The notes: generated by a model not told the origin, from the sequence alone. A DNA stretch of 64,000 nucleotides from an uncultured delta proteobacterium (GCA_963706575.1 CAVPNL010000004.1:288001-352000); one strand, 5' to 3'. Shown: positions 41,156 to 52,208, counted from the stretch's first letter. Made by a program: numbers and translations.

Positions 41156-41482
41156 TACATCCGGTTATGTACCTACCAGCATTAAGCTTCCGAGAAATCA
41201 GCCGCTTTTAAATCCACACCGACCGCCTGCGCCTTGACACTGTACTCTATCATCAGGCGCTTAAGGGCTAATTGTTTCTTAAAGATCAATTGCTTGACAA
41301 AGGCCAAACATTTCTCATACAAAAAGCCATGCAATAACGATCGATAGGCTTGAAAGCCAGGAGGCTTGGAAGCCAGAAAGCTATAAAGTTTTTTCGCCTC
41401 AAAGCCTTATAGCTTTCCAGCCTCCCAGCCTTTTGCCCGTTTTTTACTTTTGTAATGAATACATCATTTGAGAGGTAACCAT

Positions 41483-43336
41483 ATGACACAGCTTATCTCA
41501 GATCGCAGGGACATTGACTTTGTCCTTTACGAACAACTAAATATCGAAGACATTTTAGAAACGGAAAAATTCAATGACCTCAACCGCAAAATGTTCGACA
41601 TGGTCATTTCCGAAGCCCGAAATTTAGGCGTTAAGGAAATCTATCCCACCTATAAGGAAGGGGACCGTGAGGGGGTAAAATTTGAAAACGGCAAGGTTAC
41701 GGTCCCGCACTGCTTTCAGCGCCCCTATGCTCTTTTTGTAGAAGGCGAATGGATTGCCATGGCCGAAGACCCTGAAGTGGGCGGACAGGGGTTTCCCTGG
41801 ATCATCCGTCAAGCGGCCTTCGAGTATATCATCGGGGCTAATTTTGCCATCGCCGGGTTCGGTAACCTCGGACACGGTGCCGCTAAAATGATTGAGCTTT
41901 TCGGAACGCCCAAACAAAAAGAGCTGTTTTTAAAAAAGGTCTATTCCGGTGAGTGGGGCGGCACCATGATGCTGACCGAGCCCGATGCCGGCTCGGATGT
42001 GGGCGCGTTAACCACAACGGCTGTTAAAAATCCGGACGGGACCTATTCTATTTCGGGCAACAAAATCTTTATCACCTGCGGCGACCACGATCTGACGGAA
42101 AATATCATCCACCCGGTTCTGGCCCGCATCGAAGGCGCGCCACCGGGGCCCAAAGGAATTTCATTGTTCATCGTTCCCAAGATATGGGTCAACGATGACG
42201 GCAGTCTGGGTGAGCCCAACGACATCGTTTGCAGCGGTGTGGAAGAGAAAATGGGCATCCACGGCAGCCCGACCTGCAGTATGGCGCTGGGCGGCAAAGG
42301 AAAATGCCGCGGCCTTTTACTGGGGGAAGAAAACAAGGGCCTGATGGTCATGTTCCACATGATGAATGAAGCCCGCCTGGATGTCGGCGCCCAGGGCTTT
42401 TTGCACGCCTCGGCCGCGTATTTATATGCGGTCAACTATGCCCGTGAGCGATTACAGGGCAGAGATATCGAAAAAGGCAAAGATTCGACAGCGCCCCAGG
42501 TACCGATCATCTGCCACCCGGATGTCAGGCGGATGCTGTTGCTGATGAAAGCTTACGTGGACGGCATGCGCAGCATTGTCTATTACGTCGCCTATTGTTT
42601 TGATAAAAAATCCACCGCAAAAACCCAGCAGGAGAAAGAACGCTACAATGATTTTATTGAGTTACTGACGCCGATTATCAAGGCTTACTGTAGTGAACGC
42701 GGGCAATTTGTCTGCGAACAGGCCATTCAGGTGTACGGCGGCTACGGCTATACCAAGGAATATCCGGTCGAACAGCTTTACCGCGATTGTAAGATCACCA
42801 GTATCTATGAAGGGACCAATGGAATTCAGGCCATGGATTTATTGGGGCGCAAGCTGGGAATGAAAAAAGGCACCGTTTTTTTGGATTTTCTAAATGAAAT
42901 CAAGGCCGCAATTGCGAGCGCCAGAGAAATACCGCGCCTGGAAGACCTTGCCGGCCGGGTTGAAACGGCCCTGAACCGACTCAGTGAAGTCGCGATGCAT
43001 ATCAGCAAAACCGCTTACTCCAGAGATATGAAACTGGCGTTTGCTTACGCGCACCCGTTTATGGAGGTTGTCGGCGATGTGATTATGGCCTGGATGCTTC
43101 TATGGCGGGCTGCGGTGGCCGTGCCGGGATTGGAAAAACTGGCCGGCAGCGCAGACGAGAAGGCAATTCAGTCCACGGTTGCCAAAAACAAAGATGCGGC
43201 CTTCTACGACGGTCAGCTAAAAGCCGCCGAATTTTTCATCACCTCCCTGCTGCCGGTTACCCTGGGAAAAATGAATGCCATTGCCGCACCCAACCCCGCA
43301 GCGATCGATATTCACGAAAAGTCGTTTGGGGGGTAG
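41483..43336 (+). CDS. Acyl-CoA dehydrogenase
   Basis: LTEPDAGSD, GNKIFIT, KMGIHGSPT, IYEGTNGIQ. Confidence 0.95.
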   Translation: MTQLISDRRDIDFVLYEQLNIEDILETEKFNDLNRKMFDMVISEARNLGVKEIYPTYKEGDREGVKFENGKVTVPHCFQRPYALFVEGEWIAMAEDPEVGGQGFPWIIRQAAFEYIIGANFAIAGFGNLGHGAAKMIELFGTPKQKELFLKKVYSGEWGGTMMLTEPDAGSDVGALTTTAVKNPDGTYSISGNKIFITCGDHDLTENIIHPVLARIEGAPPGPKGISLFIVPKIWVNDDGSLGEPNDIVCSGVEEKMGIHGSPTCSMALGGKGKCRGLLLGEENKGLMVMFHMMNEARLDVGAQGFLHASAAYLYAVNYARERLQGRDIEKGKDSTAPQVPIICHPDVRRMLLLMKAYVDGMRSIVYYVAYCFDKKSTAKTQQEKERYNDFIELLTPIIKAYCSERGQFVCEQAIQVYGGYGYTKEYPVEQLYRDCKITSIYEGTNGIQAMDLLGRKLGMKKGTVFLDFLNEIKAAIASAREIPRLEDLAGRVETALNRLSEVAMHISKTAYSRDMKLAFAYAHPFMEVVGDVIMAWMLLWRAAVAVPGLEKLAGSADEKAIQSTVAKNKDAAFYDGQLKAAEFFITSLLPVTLGKMNAIAAPNPAAIDIHEKSFGG

Positions 43337-43356
43337 GGTTTAGAAAGGAGTTTAAA

Positions 43357-44607
43357 ATGAAAGATGTTGTGATCGCTTCAGCTTGCAGGACCGCTATCGG
43401 CGCATTTGGCGGAACTTTAAAAGACGGTCATGCCGCAACCATTGCCAGTGCGACCATGAAAGCGGCGGTGGAAAGAGCCGGCATCGATGCCGCCTTGATC
43501 GATGATGTGCGCTACGGCTGCTGCATGGAGCCGGTGGACACTTTAAATGTGGCTCGCATTGCAGCGCTTTTAGCCGGCATACCGGATTCGGTACCGGCGG
43601 TGACGATCAACCGCGTCTGCATTTCCGGCATGGAGGCCGTCCTTTCGGGCATGGCGATGATCCGGGCCGGCATGGCAGATGTCATCCTGGCCGGCGGGGT
43701 AGAGCATATGTCCGGTGCGCCGTATTCACTTCCGGGCGCCAGGTGGGGGTATCGCCTGCAGGACAACGAATGCGTCGACAATGTGATCCGTGGTCTGTAT
43801 TGCGGGTCCCACATCATACCGCATCCCGAAGACGGACCGGTGGATGCCGAAAAGCCGCCGCTCTCCTTTTTTAAAGGCAAACCGTATATTATGGGGCACA
43901 CGGCTGAATTCGTGGCCCAGCATCTTAACATCAGCAGAGAGGAAATGGACGAGATCGCTCTGCGCAGTCACAACAATGTTGAACGCGCCACCCAGGACGG
44001 CTCGTTTAAAGATGAGATCGTCCCGCTGGAAATTCCACAGAGAAAAAAAGCGCCCATCATTTTCGACAAAGACGAACATTTCAGACCCGGACTGACGCCG
44101 GCCGATCTTGAGAAGCTGCCGCCGGCATTTGTGCCCAAAACCGGCAAGGTGACGGCCGGCAACTCCAGCGGTATTAACGACGGATCCGCCGGCATGGTCA
44201 TTATGTCCGCTGAAAAGGCCAAGGATCTGAATATTCAGCCGCTGGCAAAAATAACGGCCACCGGCAAAGGCGGCTGTCATCCGTCCATTATGGGGCTGTC
44301 TCCGGTACCCGCGGTTAGCGATCTGCTTAAAAGAAGCGGTATGAAACTGGAAGATTTTGATCTGATTGAAATCAATGAAGCTTTTGCCGCCCAGTACCTG
44401 GGCTGTGAAAAAGAGCTGGGCTTGAAGCGGGAAATCACCAATATCAACGGCTCGGGAATCGGCCTGGGGCATCCGGTGGGCGCCACCGGCACCCGGATCA
44501 TCGTCACGCTGATCCATGCGCTGAAAAAACAGAACAAAAGTCTGGGGCTGGCGACCCTTTGCGGCGGCGGCGGGGTGTCGATGGCCTGCGCAATTGAGAT
44601 TATTTAA
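43357..44607 (+). CDS. Acetyl-CoA C-acyltransferase (thiolase)
   Basis: NRVCISG, NEAFA, GHPVGATG, LCGGGG; AAGGAG RBS. Confidence 0.95.
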   Translation: MKDVVIASACRTAIGAFGGTLKDGHAATIASATMKAAVERAGIDAALIDDVRYGCCMEPVDTLNVARIAALLAGIPDSVPAVTINRVCISGMEAVLSGMAMIRAGMADVILAGGVEHMSGAPYSLPGARWGYRLQDNECVDNVIRGLYCGSHIIPHPEDGPVDAEKPPLSFFKGKPYIMGHTAEFVAQHLNISREEMDEIALRSHNNVERATQDGSFKDEIVPLEIPQRKKAPIIFDKDEHFRPGLTPADLEKLPPAFVPKTGKVTAGNSSGINDGSAGMVIMSAEKAKDLNIQPLAKITATGKGGCHPSIMGLSPVPAVSDLLKRSGMKLEDFDLIEINEAFAAQYLGCEKELGLKREITNINGSGIGLGHPVGATGTRIIVTLIHALKKQNKSLGLATLCGGGGVSMACAIEII

Positions 44608-44633
44608 AATTTAATTTTTCCCCGAGAGCTTTT

Positions 44634-44762
44634 TTACAAACCGTCTCAAAATGCTGCCATATCGCGGCAAGATGCCGCTCCCACATGTTTTGTGGCAAAT
44701 AAATAGTACTTGATAGTGGGAGTGGCTTCCAGCCACGAATTATTTGATCCGCTTTTGAGTCC
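44634..44762. repeat. MITE-like element containing a REP-like inverted pair
   Basis: ACCGTCTCAAAA...TTTTGAG ends; GCGGCAAGATGCCGCTCCCAC and GTGGGAGTGGCTTCCAGCCAC inside. Confidence 0.5.
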
Positions 44763-44859
44763 GATCGCGATTCGGCCTCGAAAATTAACTGAAGTTTTTA
44801 TAAATAATTAACGAATACAAATGGATTTGGATTTGATTGACTAAAAAGGAGGTGGAGCA

Positions 44860-45606
44860 ATGAAACGGTATATCTGGAGTATAGCAGCGGCGACCATTAT
44901 TTTGGTATTCCCTTTTTGGGCGATGGCGGTGGACTATTTGGCGGAAGCCGACAAAATTTTTGATCAGGAGGGGCTTGAAAATTACAAGAAGTCCATTGAC
45001 CTGTATGTCAAGGCGGTTGAACAGCATGCCGACGATTATGAAGCCGCCTGGAAGTGCGCCCGTGCGCACCGCGAGTACGCCGATGAAGCCAAAAAGAAAG
45101 GCGTCGAGGGCTGGAAGGATATTTGCGCCCAATACGGCAAGGCAGGCATGCAATACGCCCAGAAGGCCATCGAGTTGAAACCGGAGCGCCCCGACGGGCA
45201 CTATTACTACGGTCTGAACGTCGGCATTTATTCCGATGGCGTCAGCATATTCACCGCCCTGGCGGAAGGATTGAAAGACAAAACCCAGCAAAGCTTCGAA
45301 AAAACGTATGAGATCAACAAAATGTATAAAGATGGTGGACCGATGCTGTCGCTGGGCCGTTTCTGGGCGGTCCTGCCGTGGCCGCTGCGCGACCGGAAAA
45401 AATCGCTGGCCTACTACCGCGAATATCAGGAGACCCAGTATTTCGCCACCAACACCGAAGCCCAGCTTTTTCTGGCGGAACTCCTGATTCAAATGGGCGG
45501 AGACAAGAACAAAAACGAGGCCAAAGGCTATGTGGAAGACGGACTAAAATCCGATGACCCGTATTTCGCAGATTGGGCAAAGCAGATGCAGGCCAAATTG
45601 AAATAA
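44860..45606 (+). CDS. Secreted TPR-like protein
   Basis: AAGGAGG RBS; signal peptide; AQKAIELKPERPDGHYYYG. Confidence 0.8.
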   Translation: MKRYIWSIAAATIILVFPFWAMAVDYLAEADKIFDQEGLENYKKSIDLYVKAVEQHADDYEAAWKCARAHREYADEAKKKGVEGWKDICAQYGKAGMQYAQKAIELKPERPDGHYYYGLNVGIYSDGVSIFTALAEGLKDKTQQSFEKTYEINKMYKDGGPMLSLGRFWAVLPWPLRDRKKSLAYYREYQETQYFATNTEAQLFLAELLIQMGGDKNKNEAKGYVEDGLKSDDPYFADWAKQMQAKLK

Positions 45607-45739
45607 TAAGCGCAGCGTCATTCAGCCGTCGAAGTGTTTTTTTGACCACTGCGAATAGTCCGCCATCAATCGGAGATCAAATTAAATTACAACCTGATCG
45701 ATTCGCCTCCAGAGGTCCAGAGGTAAAGGCGGTGTTATT

Positions 45740-47443
45740 ATGGCAGACCCCTACTCAGCGAAGCCCTGGTTGAAGTTCTACGACAAGCATGTCCCACCGA
45801 ACCTGGAGTGCCCAAACAAAACCTACCTGGCATATTTCAGGGAAGCGGTGGAAAGCGTTCCCCGCAAAGTTGCTGTCTATTATATGGGAAGGGGAATAAC
45901 CTTTCACGAGCTGGACAACCTTTCCGATAAATTTGCCCGGTTTCTTCAGCGCGCCGGCCTGCAGCCCGGTGATACGGTGGGTGTCCACCTTCCCAACCTG
46001 CCGGCATATTATATATCCATCATCGGCATCCAGAAAGCCGGCTGCGTGCTTTCGGGGGTAAGTCCCCTGCTCCAGGACAAGGAGCTGGAATATCAGCTCA
46101 ATGACTCCGGTGCCAAATGCCTGGTCACTCTGGATATTTTTTATGATAAAGTCGCAGCGGTCTGGGAAAAAACCGGCGTTAAAACAGTGGTGGTTACTCA
46201 AATCGCAGACTTCCTCTCACCGGTTAAGAAATTCCTCGGCACCCTGTTAAAAAAAATCCCGTCGGCAAGCATCACGCCCCTGCCCGCAAAAAAAGTGCAT
46301 CGCTTTAGACAAATTCTCAAAGACATGCCCGCCGATAAGATTGAAATTAAGCGAAGCCTTAAAGACCCCATGCTGATGCAGTATACCGGTGGCACGACCG
46401 GTCTGCCCAAGGGGGCGATTCTCACCGAGAAAAACATTTCCCATCAGCTCAGGCAATTACAGGTGTGGCTGGATCTCAACATGGGAGATCAGTTCGTCCT
46501 TTCGGCCTTTCCTTTGTTTCACCTGGCGGGCCTTATCCTGGCAATGGTCTGCCTGGCCATGGGCTTCAGCCAGGTGGCCGTTCCAAACCCCCGCGACCTG
46601 GATTTTATCATATCCGCCATTAAAAAATATCAACCCACCGGTATCGTCAACGTGCCGACGCTCTTTCTCGAACTGTTAAAGAAGCCCGGATTTGTTTCCC
46701 TGGACTTTTCAACCGTCCGGTGGTTTATCAGCGGCGCCGCTCCTTTCCCCTCGGATCACTTAAGAAAATTCGAAGCCGTCGTCGGTGAAGGCAAACTGAT
46801 CGAGGCTTTTGGTATGACGGAAACAAGCCCGGTGACCGCCGCTCTGCCCCTGTACGGAACCAAGAAAGCCGGCTCAATTGGCATTCCGTTTCCGGACACC
46901 GAAGTCAAGCTCATTCATCCGGATACCGGCGAACCGGTACCACAGGGAGAACCCGGTGAATTTGTGGCCCGCGGCCCGCAGGTATTTACGCTGGGTTACC
47001 ACAATAATCCGGAAGAAACGGCAAAAACATTAAAGGATGGCTGGATTTACACCGGTGACATCTGCAAGATGGATGCAGACGGCTATTTTTACGTTGTGGA
47101 TCGCCTCAAGGATATGGTGAATGTCTCCGGATTCAACGTCTTCACCCGCCAGGTGGATGAGGTATTGATGGACTACCCCGACATCGACATGGCGGCAACC
47201 ATCGGGCTGCCGGACCCCGAACGGCCGGGATCGGAAATCGTCGCATCAGCGATAGTGCTAAAATCCGGCAAGGAAAAGAGCAACCAGATGAAAGATGAAA
47301 TCACCCATTATATGCGCGCAAAAGTCGCCCCTTACAAAATCCCCCGGGTGATCGAGTTTATGGATGAACTTCCGACCAGTCCCGTCGGCAAGGTGTTGAA
47401 GCGTGAGTTAAGAAAAGTAATGCAAGATGAAAACGGTATCTAA
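45740..47443 (+). CDS. Long-chain fatty acid-CoA ligase (AMP-binding)
   Basis: YTGGTTGLPKG, FGMTET, TGD, VGKVLKR. Confidence 0.93.
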   Translation: MADPYSAKPWLKFYDKHVPPNLECPNKTYLAYFREAVESVPRKVAVYYMGRGITFHELDNLSDKFARFLQRAGLQPGDTVGVHLPNLPAYYISIIGIQKAGCVLSGVSPLLQDKELEYQLNDSGAKCLVTLDIFYDKVAAVWEKTGVKTVVVTQIADFLSPVKKFLGTLLKKIPSASITPLPAKKVHRFRQILKDMPADKIEIKRSLKDPMLMQYTGGTTGLPKGAILTEKNISHQLRQLQVWLDLNMGDQFVLSAFPLFHLAGLILAMVCLAMGFSQVAVPNPRDLDFIISAIKKYQPTGIVNVPTLFLELLKKPGFVSLDFSTVRWFISGAAPFPSDHLRKFEAVVGEGKLIEAFGMTETSPVTAALPLYGTKKAGSIGIPFPDTEVKLIHPDTGEPVPQGEPGEFVARGPQVFTLGYHNNPEETAKTLKDGWIYTGDICKMDADGYFYVVDRLKDMVNVSGFNVFTRQVDEVLMDYPDIDMAATIGLPDPERPGSEIVASAIVLKSGKEKSNQMKDEITHYMRAKVAPYKIPRVIEFMDELPTSPVGKVLKRELRKVMQDENGI

Positions 47444-48368
47444 AACCGACAGCGAAAATGCCAGTTTCGATTTAAGTCTGGGTTATTTAAACAAAAGCGG
47501 CAGCGCTTGGCTCCGCACCGCTGGGTTTACTGCTTTAGCCCTGATTGCTTTTGCGGCCAATTCAGTGCTGTGCCGGCTGGCCCTGGGTGCGACCGCCATT
47601 GATGCCGCCAGTTTCACCACCATCCGGCTGGTTTCCGGCGCCCTTGTGCTGCTGCTTGTAAATGCTGCCGGAAAAACCGCGGTGGTGACTGACAGAGGTA
47701 ATTGGACCTCCGCTTTCATGCTGTTCCTCTATGCAGTCACGTTTTCTTTTGCCTACACCAGCCTGAACACCGGCACCGGCGCCCTGATCCTGTTCGGATC
47801 GGTGCAGGCCACCATGATTATTTTTGCGGTTTTCCAGGGCGAGCGTCTGCGTCTGTGGGGATGGCTGGGTCTGTTTGCCGGCCTGGCGGGTTTGACCTAT
47901 CTGGTGTTTCCCGGTCTGACGGCGCCCTCCCCTGCGGCGGCGGCCCTCATGGCTGTTGCCGGCATTTCCTGGGGGATTTATTCATTGCGCGGCCGCGGTT
48001 CGGTATCCCCGGTTGCCGTTACCACGGACAATTTCTTGCGATCCACCCCTTTTGTGGTTCTCATCAGCCTGGTCTTTTTTCAGGATTTGCACATCACGTT
48101 TAAGGGCGCTTTCTTTGCAGCCCTTTCCGGCGGGCTGACATCGGCAATCGGCTATGTCATATGGTACGCTGCCCTGCGGGACCACTCGGCAACCAGCGCG
48201 GCACTAGTTCAGCTGCTCGTACCGGTGCTGGCCGCACTCGGTGGCGTGGTTCTCCTGTCCGAAGCGCTCACGGTGCGTCTGCTGCTGTCATCCGCCATGA
48301 TTATCGGGGGCGTTGCCCTGGCCTTGACTCAGCGGCAAAATCCGGTGCCTGCGAAATCAACAGAATAA
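47427..48368 (+). CDS. DMT/EamA-family transporter
   Basis: AFAANSVLCRLAL; about 10 hydrophobic segments. Confidence 0.88.
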   Translation: MKTVSKTDSENASFDLSLGYLNKSGSAWLRTAGFTALALIAFAANSVLCRLALGATAIDAASFTTIRLVSGALVLLLVNAAGKTAVVTDRGNWTSAFMLFLYAVTFSFAYTSLNTGTGALILFGSVQATMIIFAVFQGERLRLWGWLGLFAGLAGLTYLVFPGLTAPSPAAAALMAVAGISWGIYSLRGRGSVSPVAVTTDNFLRSTPFVVLISLVFFQDLHITFKGAFFAALSGGLTSAIGYVIWYAALRDHSATSAALVQLLVPVLAALGGVVLLSEALTVRLLLSSAMIIGGVALALTQRQNPVPAKSTE

Positions 48369-48515
48369 TATCAAATACTGAAAGGGAGTCTTAACTGACG
48401 GATACCGATTTTCCCTCCTCCAGGATTTTATAACATGCATCAGCTTAGTCTTATTGAGAAACTGCCGGGACGGCGCTTTCGGTTTGAACTGGAAGGGGTG
48501 ACGCTGACGCGTCAA

Positions 48516-49655
48516 TTATTTCTGACAGTCATGCGAAATGATGTTTCCGGTGCGGTCTCCGCTTTTGGTGGTCTCATAGGATATTCCGCAGACTGAATCC
48601 TTGCCTCTTTCCTTGACGCTGAACATGGCCTGATCCGCCAGCGCCAGCAGTTCTGTGAGCGTGTCGGCATCATCGGGGAAGGTGGATACGCCCAGACTGG
48701 AACTAATGCAGACTTTTAAACCCGCTTTTTGAAGATAGATGGTTTCTTTGATTCGTTTCCGGATGGTTTCCGCCATATCCAGTGCCTGCCGCTTGTCAAA
48801 TCCGGGCAATACCAGCACAAACTCATCACCGCCATAAGCCACGCCGTAAGCAGGTGGCTGAAGGGTTGTTATAATCGTGGCGGCAATTTCCTGAAGCGCT
48901 TTGCTGGCGTTAAGATGCCCATGGGTGTCGACCACCTGTTTAAAATTATCAATATCCATAAATACCAGAGAAAAAACCAGGCCGCGGGAGGCGCTTTTTT
49001 TAATCAGCTCAGCCAGGGCGTGGTACAGGTATCTGGTGTTGTAAAGGCCGGTTAAATTATCGTGAATCGCCTGTTTCTTAAACTTTTGCTCGCTTTTTCT
49101 CAGGGCTTTCTGAGCCTGTTTAAGATGTTCGTCGGCCTCCATTTCTTTGGTAACGATTGTTAGATTGCCGATCGAAATGTAAATATTATCCGCTTCAAAC
49201 GGCTCTATTCGGGCCTGGTCTTTTAGCCAATAGGTTCCGGCGTCAGCCGCAGAGATTTTATAAACCGCTTCGAGAATTCCGCTTTTTTTAACCTCTTCTC
49301 TAAGTTCGGATTTGCGTTCGATGACCTCATTGCTTTGCAGGGTCACTTCCCGAGGGTCCTTGGGTTTGCCCATTTTTGTGTAGATGCGGCGCTCAACCAT
49401 ACTGTTTCGGAAAAATTCTGACGCATCCGAATGGCCACAGCCCAGAAGCTGTATCAGCTGTCTGCTGACAAACTCATACCAGATCACATTGTGCTTTTCC
49501 TGCCAGGCGGCAATGTAAGGTATCGCCGGGGCTCCCAGCTCATCAAATACTTGAAAATGCCGGATGCATTCGGCAATGCGGCTTTTGAGCCCGCTGCTGT
49601 AACTGCCGTTTAAAATCCGGCCGTAGTAACCATTGGGCGTATCTTGATCAGGCAT
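48516..49655 (-). CDS. Diguanylate cyclase (GGDEF)
   Basis: DNLTGLYN, DIDNFKQVVDTHGH, YGGDEF, ADQAMF; no RxxD I-site. Confidence 0.9.
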   Translation of the reverse strand: MPDQDTPNGYYGRILNGSYSSGLKSRIAECIRHFQVFDELGAPAIPYIAAWQEKHNVIWYEFVSRQLIQLLGCGHSDASEFFRNSMVERRIYTKMGKPKDPREVTLQSNEVIERKSELREEVKKSGILEAVYKISAADAGTYWLKDQARIEPFEADNIYISIGNLTIVTKEMEADEHLKQAQKALRKSEQKFKKQAIHDNLTGLYNTRYLYHALAELIKKSASRGLVFSLVFMDIDNFKQVVDTHGHLNASKALQEIAATIITTLQPPAYGVAYGGDEFVLVLPGFDKRQALDMAETIRKRIKETIYLQKAGLKVCISSSLGVSTFPDDADTLTELLALADQAMFSVKERGKDSVCGISYETTKSGDRTGNIISHDCQK

Positions 49656-49671
49656 GCGGGTTTCCGATTCT

Positions 49672-49833
49672 TAGAAGTGGTTTCAAAACCTCAGATCAGG
49701 TTCAAGGGCAAGGCGTCAGGCCGATCGGGAAAGTCGTTGTTCTCAGCATACATGATGGACTAGATGTGAGCATTTACCGGAGGACTGCAACGCAGCCATT
49801 GAGCCTGAGATGGGGTTTTGAACGACCAATTCT
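49672..49833. mobile_element. MITE (inverted copy at 60395-60541)
   Basis: TAGAAGTGGTTTCAAAACC end; interior is the reverse complement of 60395-60541. Confidence 0.8.
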
Positions 49834-50054
49834 TGGTGATGGTTTCATCCCCGGGGACAGATCTCTGCGGCGAACCTGGTATGGCTTTGTGATAAAGGAC
49901 AAAACAATATGTTGATATCAAATATGTATTTATACACCACATATGGTATGGGATCAAGTTGAAATTGATTGGTTTGACGTTTGACAAATAAGAATTCAGC
50001 TTTTACGATTTTGCCGTTCGATGCGTACCGCACGGATAAAACCTGAACTCAAAG

Positions 50055-50100
50055 ACACTATATATTGTGTATAACATCTTATCTTGACTATATATTGTAT
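50055..50100. promoter_or_regulatory. Tandem NrdR-box-like sites
   Basis: ACACTATATATTGTGT (50055) and TGACTATATATTGTAT (50085). Confidence 0.5.
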
Positions 50101-50180
50101 GGTATGGTATAAGTTACATTCAGGATAAATTCTGGAAATCGGTATATTCATTATTAGACGCAATTTTGGGGGAATTTACC

Positions 50181-50516
50181 GTGGATCCTGAAAATGTGGT
50201 TTATTTGCACGAAAGAGGGTCAAATAGCGTCATCGATTTAAGGCGATTTAGGCGAAAACCATTTCGCCGCGCCACTATCTTTGCCTGTCAAGACCGCTAC
50301 TATGCAGGTTTAACTAAAAATATCAGCAAGGGTGGGATTTTTATCGAGACGCGGAATCAATTTTTGCCCGGGCAAATTATTACACTGGTCATTTCCCGCA
50401 CTAAAATAGAAAAAGGCGTCATGCTGAAAGGTGAGGTGGTCCATCTACAGCACGAAGGATTCGGCTTGAAATTTTTAAGCCTGCTGAAAGACGGAAGGGA
50501 ATTTCATATAAAGTAA
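50181..50516 (+). CDS. PilZ-domain protein
   Basis: RRFRR and NISKGGIFI; GTG start. Confidence 0.82.
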   Translation: MDPENVVYLHERGSNSVIDLRRFRRKPFRRATIFACQDRYYAGLTKNISKGGIFIETRNQFLPGQIITLVISRTKIEKGVMLKGEVVHLQHEGFGLKFLSLLKDGREFHIK

Positions 50517-50561
50517 AAGGCAGTGTCTCAATGACCCTGCCTTTCTGCCTTTTTTATTAAC

Positions 50562-51497
50562 TTAAACTTCACCCATAAAATTCTCTACTAATGATATTAA
50601 CGCTTCAACCTGCCGCGGTTCTTTCCAGATGATTTCCGGATCGGCTCCGAACCAGGTCAGCTGGCGTTTGGCGTAATGTCGATGATCACGCTTCAGGGTT
50701 CTAACACACTCGTCCCAGTTTAACCGGCCCTCGATGTAATCCACCATATGGCGGTAGCCGATGGATTGCATGGGCTTAAGGCTCGCAGAATATCCCCTGG
50801 CCATCAAACCTTTGACCTCATCCAGAAATCCGGCCGAAATCATGTCGTCAACTCTGCGGTTAATCCGCTCGTATAAAAGCGCGCGGTCCATCTCCAAGCC
50901 GATTTTTAAGGACTCAAAGGGTTGTTCGAAAAACCCGTGCTTTTTATGATGTTTTGAAATGGCCTGACCGGTTGCCTCGATGACCTCTAAAGCTCTAAGG
51001 ATGCGATAGGTGTCGTTGGGGTGCAGCCGATTGGCGGTTTCGGGATCCAGTTCGCCAAGGCGTTCGTATAAAATTTGGATACCATGTGTATCTGCCTCTG
51101 CTTTTAGCCTGTCGCGAATTTCCGGGTCTGAAACCTTCTCATCGAAGAGGCCGTACAGAAGCGCTTTAATGTAAAGCCCCGTTCCGCCGACCACAAAGGG
51201 CGTAATATGCTGCTGATCCAGCTCGATGATTTTTTCCCGGGCCCTTGCGGCATATTGGGCGGCATCAAAGGATTCATCGGGCTCCACGAAATCGACCATA
51301 TGGTGGACGACACGCGCCTGCTCTGCGACGGTGGGCTTGGCCGTGCCGATATCCATATACTTATAGACCTGCATGGAATCCGCCCCGACGATCTGACCCG
51401 CAAAGTGCTGCGCCAGATCGATGGCAATGGTTGTCTTGCCGATACCGGTCGGACCGCAGACAATAATTATTTTAGGCTTCGCAGTTGGGGAATTCAT
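50562..51497 (-). CDS. miaA: tRNA dimethylallyltransferase
   Basis: GPTGIGKT, DSMQVY, VGGTGLY, YAKRQLTWF. Confidence 0.97.
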   Translation of the reverse strand: MNSPTAKPKIIIVCGPTGIGKTTIAIDLAQHFAGQIVGADSMQVYKYMDIGTAKPTVAEQARVVHHMVDFVEPDESFDAAQYAARAREKIIELDQQHITPFVVGGTGLYIKALLYGLFDEKVSDPEIRDRLKAEADTHGIQILYERLGELDPETANRLHPNDTYRILRALEVIEATGQAISKHHKKHGFFEQPFESLKIGLEMDRALLYERINRRVDDMISAGFLDEVKGLMARGYSASLKPMQSIGYRHMVDYIEGRLNWDECVRTLKRDHRHYAKRQLTWFGADPEIIWKEPRQVEALISLVENFMGEV

Positions 51498-51623
51498 AAG
51501 GTGTTAAATTCTTTATCTGGTTATCCGGAAGAACAAGTGGTATTGAATGTGGGAGCGGCTTCCACAGAGGGTTTATCTGATGGAACTTGGACTTTCCAGA
51601 TAAGCAGAATAATTTATTCTACT

Positions 51624-52007
51624 TCATCGCCTGGCATGACATTGCCCGCACATGAGCGGTCCTTTCTTTTTTTCGCGGTGGCAGCTTTTACAATTGGTAT
51701 GAAAGGCCATCATCAAACCGGGTTTTCGGCCGTCATCCTGCATCGCATGGCAATCCGCGCAGCCCTGGTCTTCGGATGATTCATCTTCTATCAGCTTGCC
51801 GTTTTCATAGACATGGTGGCAAACGTTGCATTCTTCGATTGCGGCCGATTCATTGTGCTGGTCGTGCCTGAAAACAGCCGGCGGCCGCTTCGGGTTTTCA
51901 AAAGCCTGGTTGTCAATGACGATCATATCTTCCTGTGAATAGGCCGCTACCGGGAAAAAACAACAAACCGTAAATACCGCCAGAATGAGCAGAAACCATC
52001 GCCGCAT
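51624..52007 (-). CDS. Tetrahaem cytochrome c3 (acidic, TmcA-like)
   Basis: Signal peptide; CNVCH, CADCH, CKSCH, CGQCH; VFRHDQH. Confidence 0.9.
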   Translation of the reverse strand: MRRWFLLILAVFTVCCFFPVAAYSQEDMIVIDNQAFENPKRPPAVFRHDQHNESAAIEECNVCHHVYENGKLIEDESSEDQGCADCHAMQDDGRKPGLMMAFHTNCKSCHREKKKGPLMCGQCHARR

Positions 52008-52152
52008 CGAAACGTCTCCTTTATATAATTGCGATATTACCAAAGTGTCATACCGGATAAAGCTAAAAATTGAAATCTCAATTGGGCTTTCCAAACCGGG
52101 TGCTTCGCACCCGGTTCCGCCCGCAACGATCGGGGCGCTTCGCGCACCTGTC

Positions 52153-52208
52153 TTTTACCGCATTAAGCGGTAAAATCCAAGCCACCCGCTATGCGGGTGG
52201 TCGTTGAC
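52153..52208 (+). mobile_element. Orphan IS200/IS605-type right end
   Basis: AAGCCACCCGC-TAT-GCGGGTGG-TCGTTGAC hairpin plus terminus; no tnpA/tnpB adjacent. Confidence 0.5.

Noticed and set aside
43726..45492. Long antisense ORFs over thiolase, TPR, ppdK and hdrA
   Set aside because: Shadow frames of GC-rich genuine genes with no recognisable motifs.
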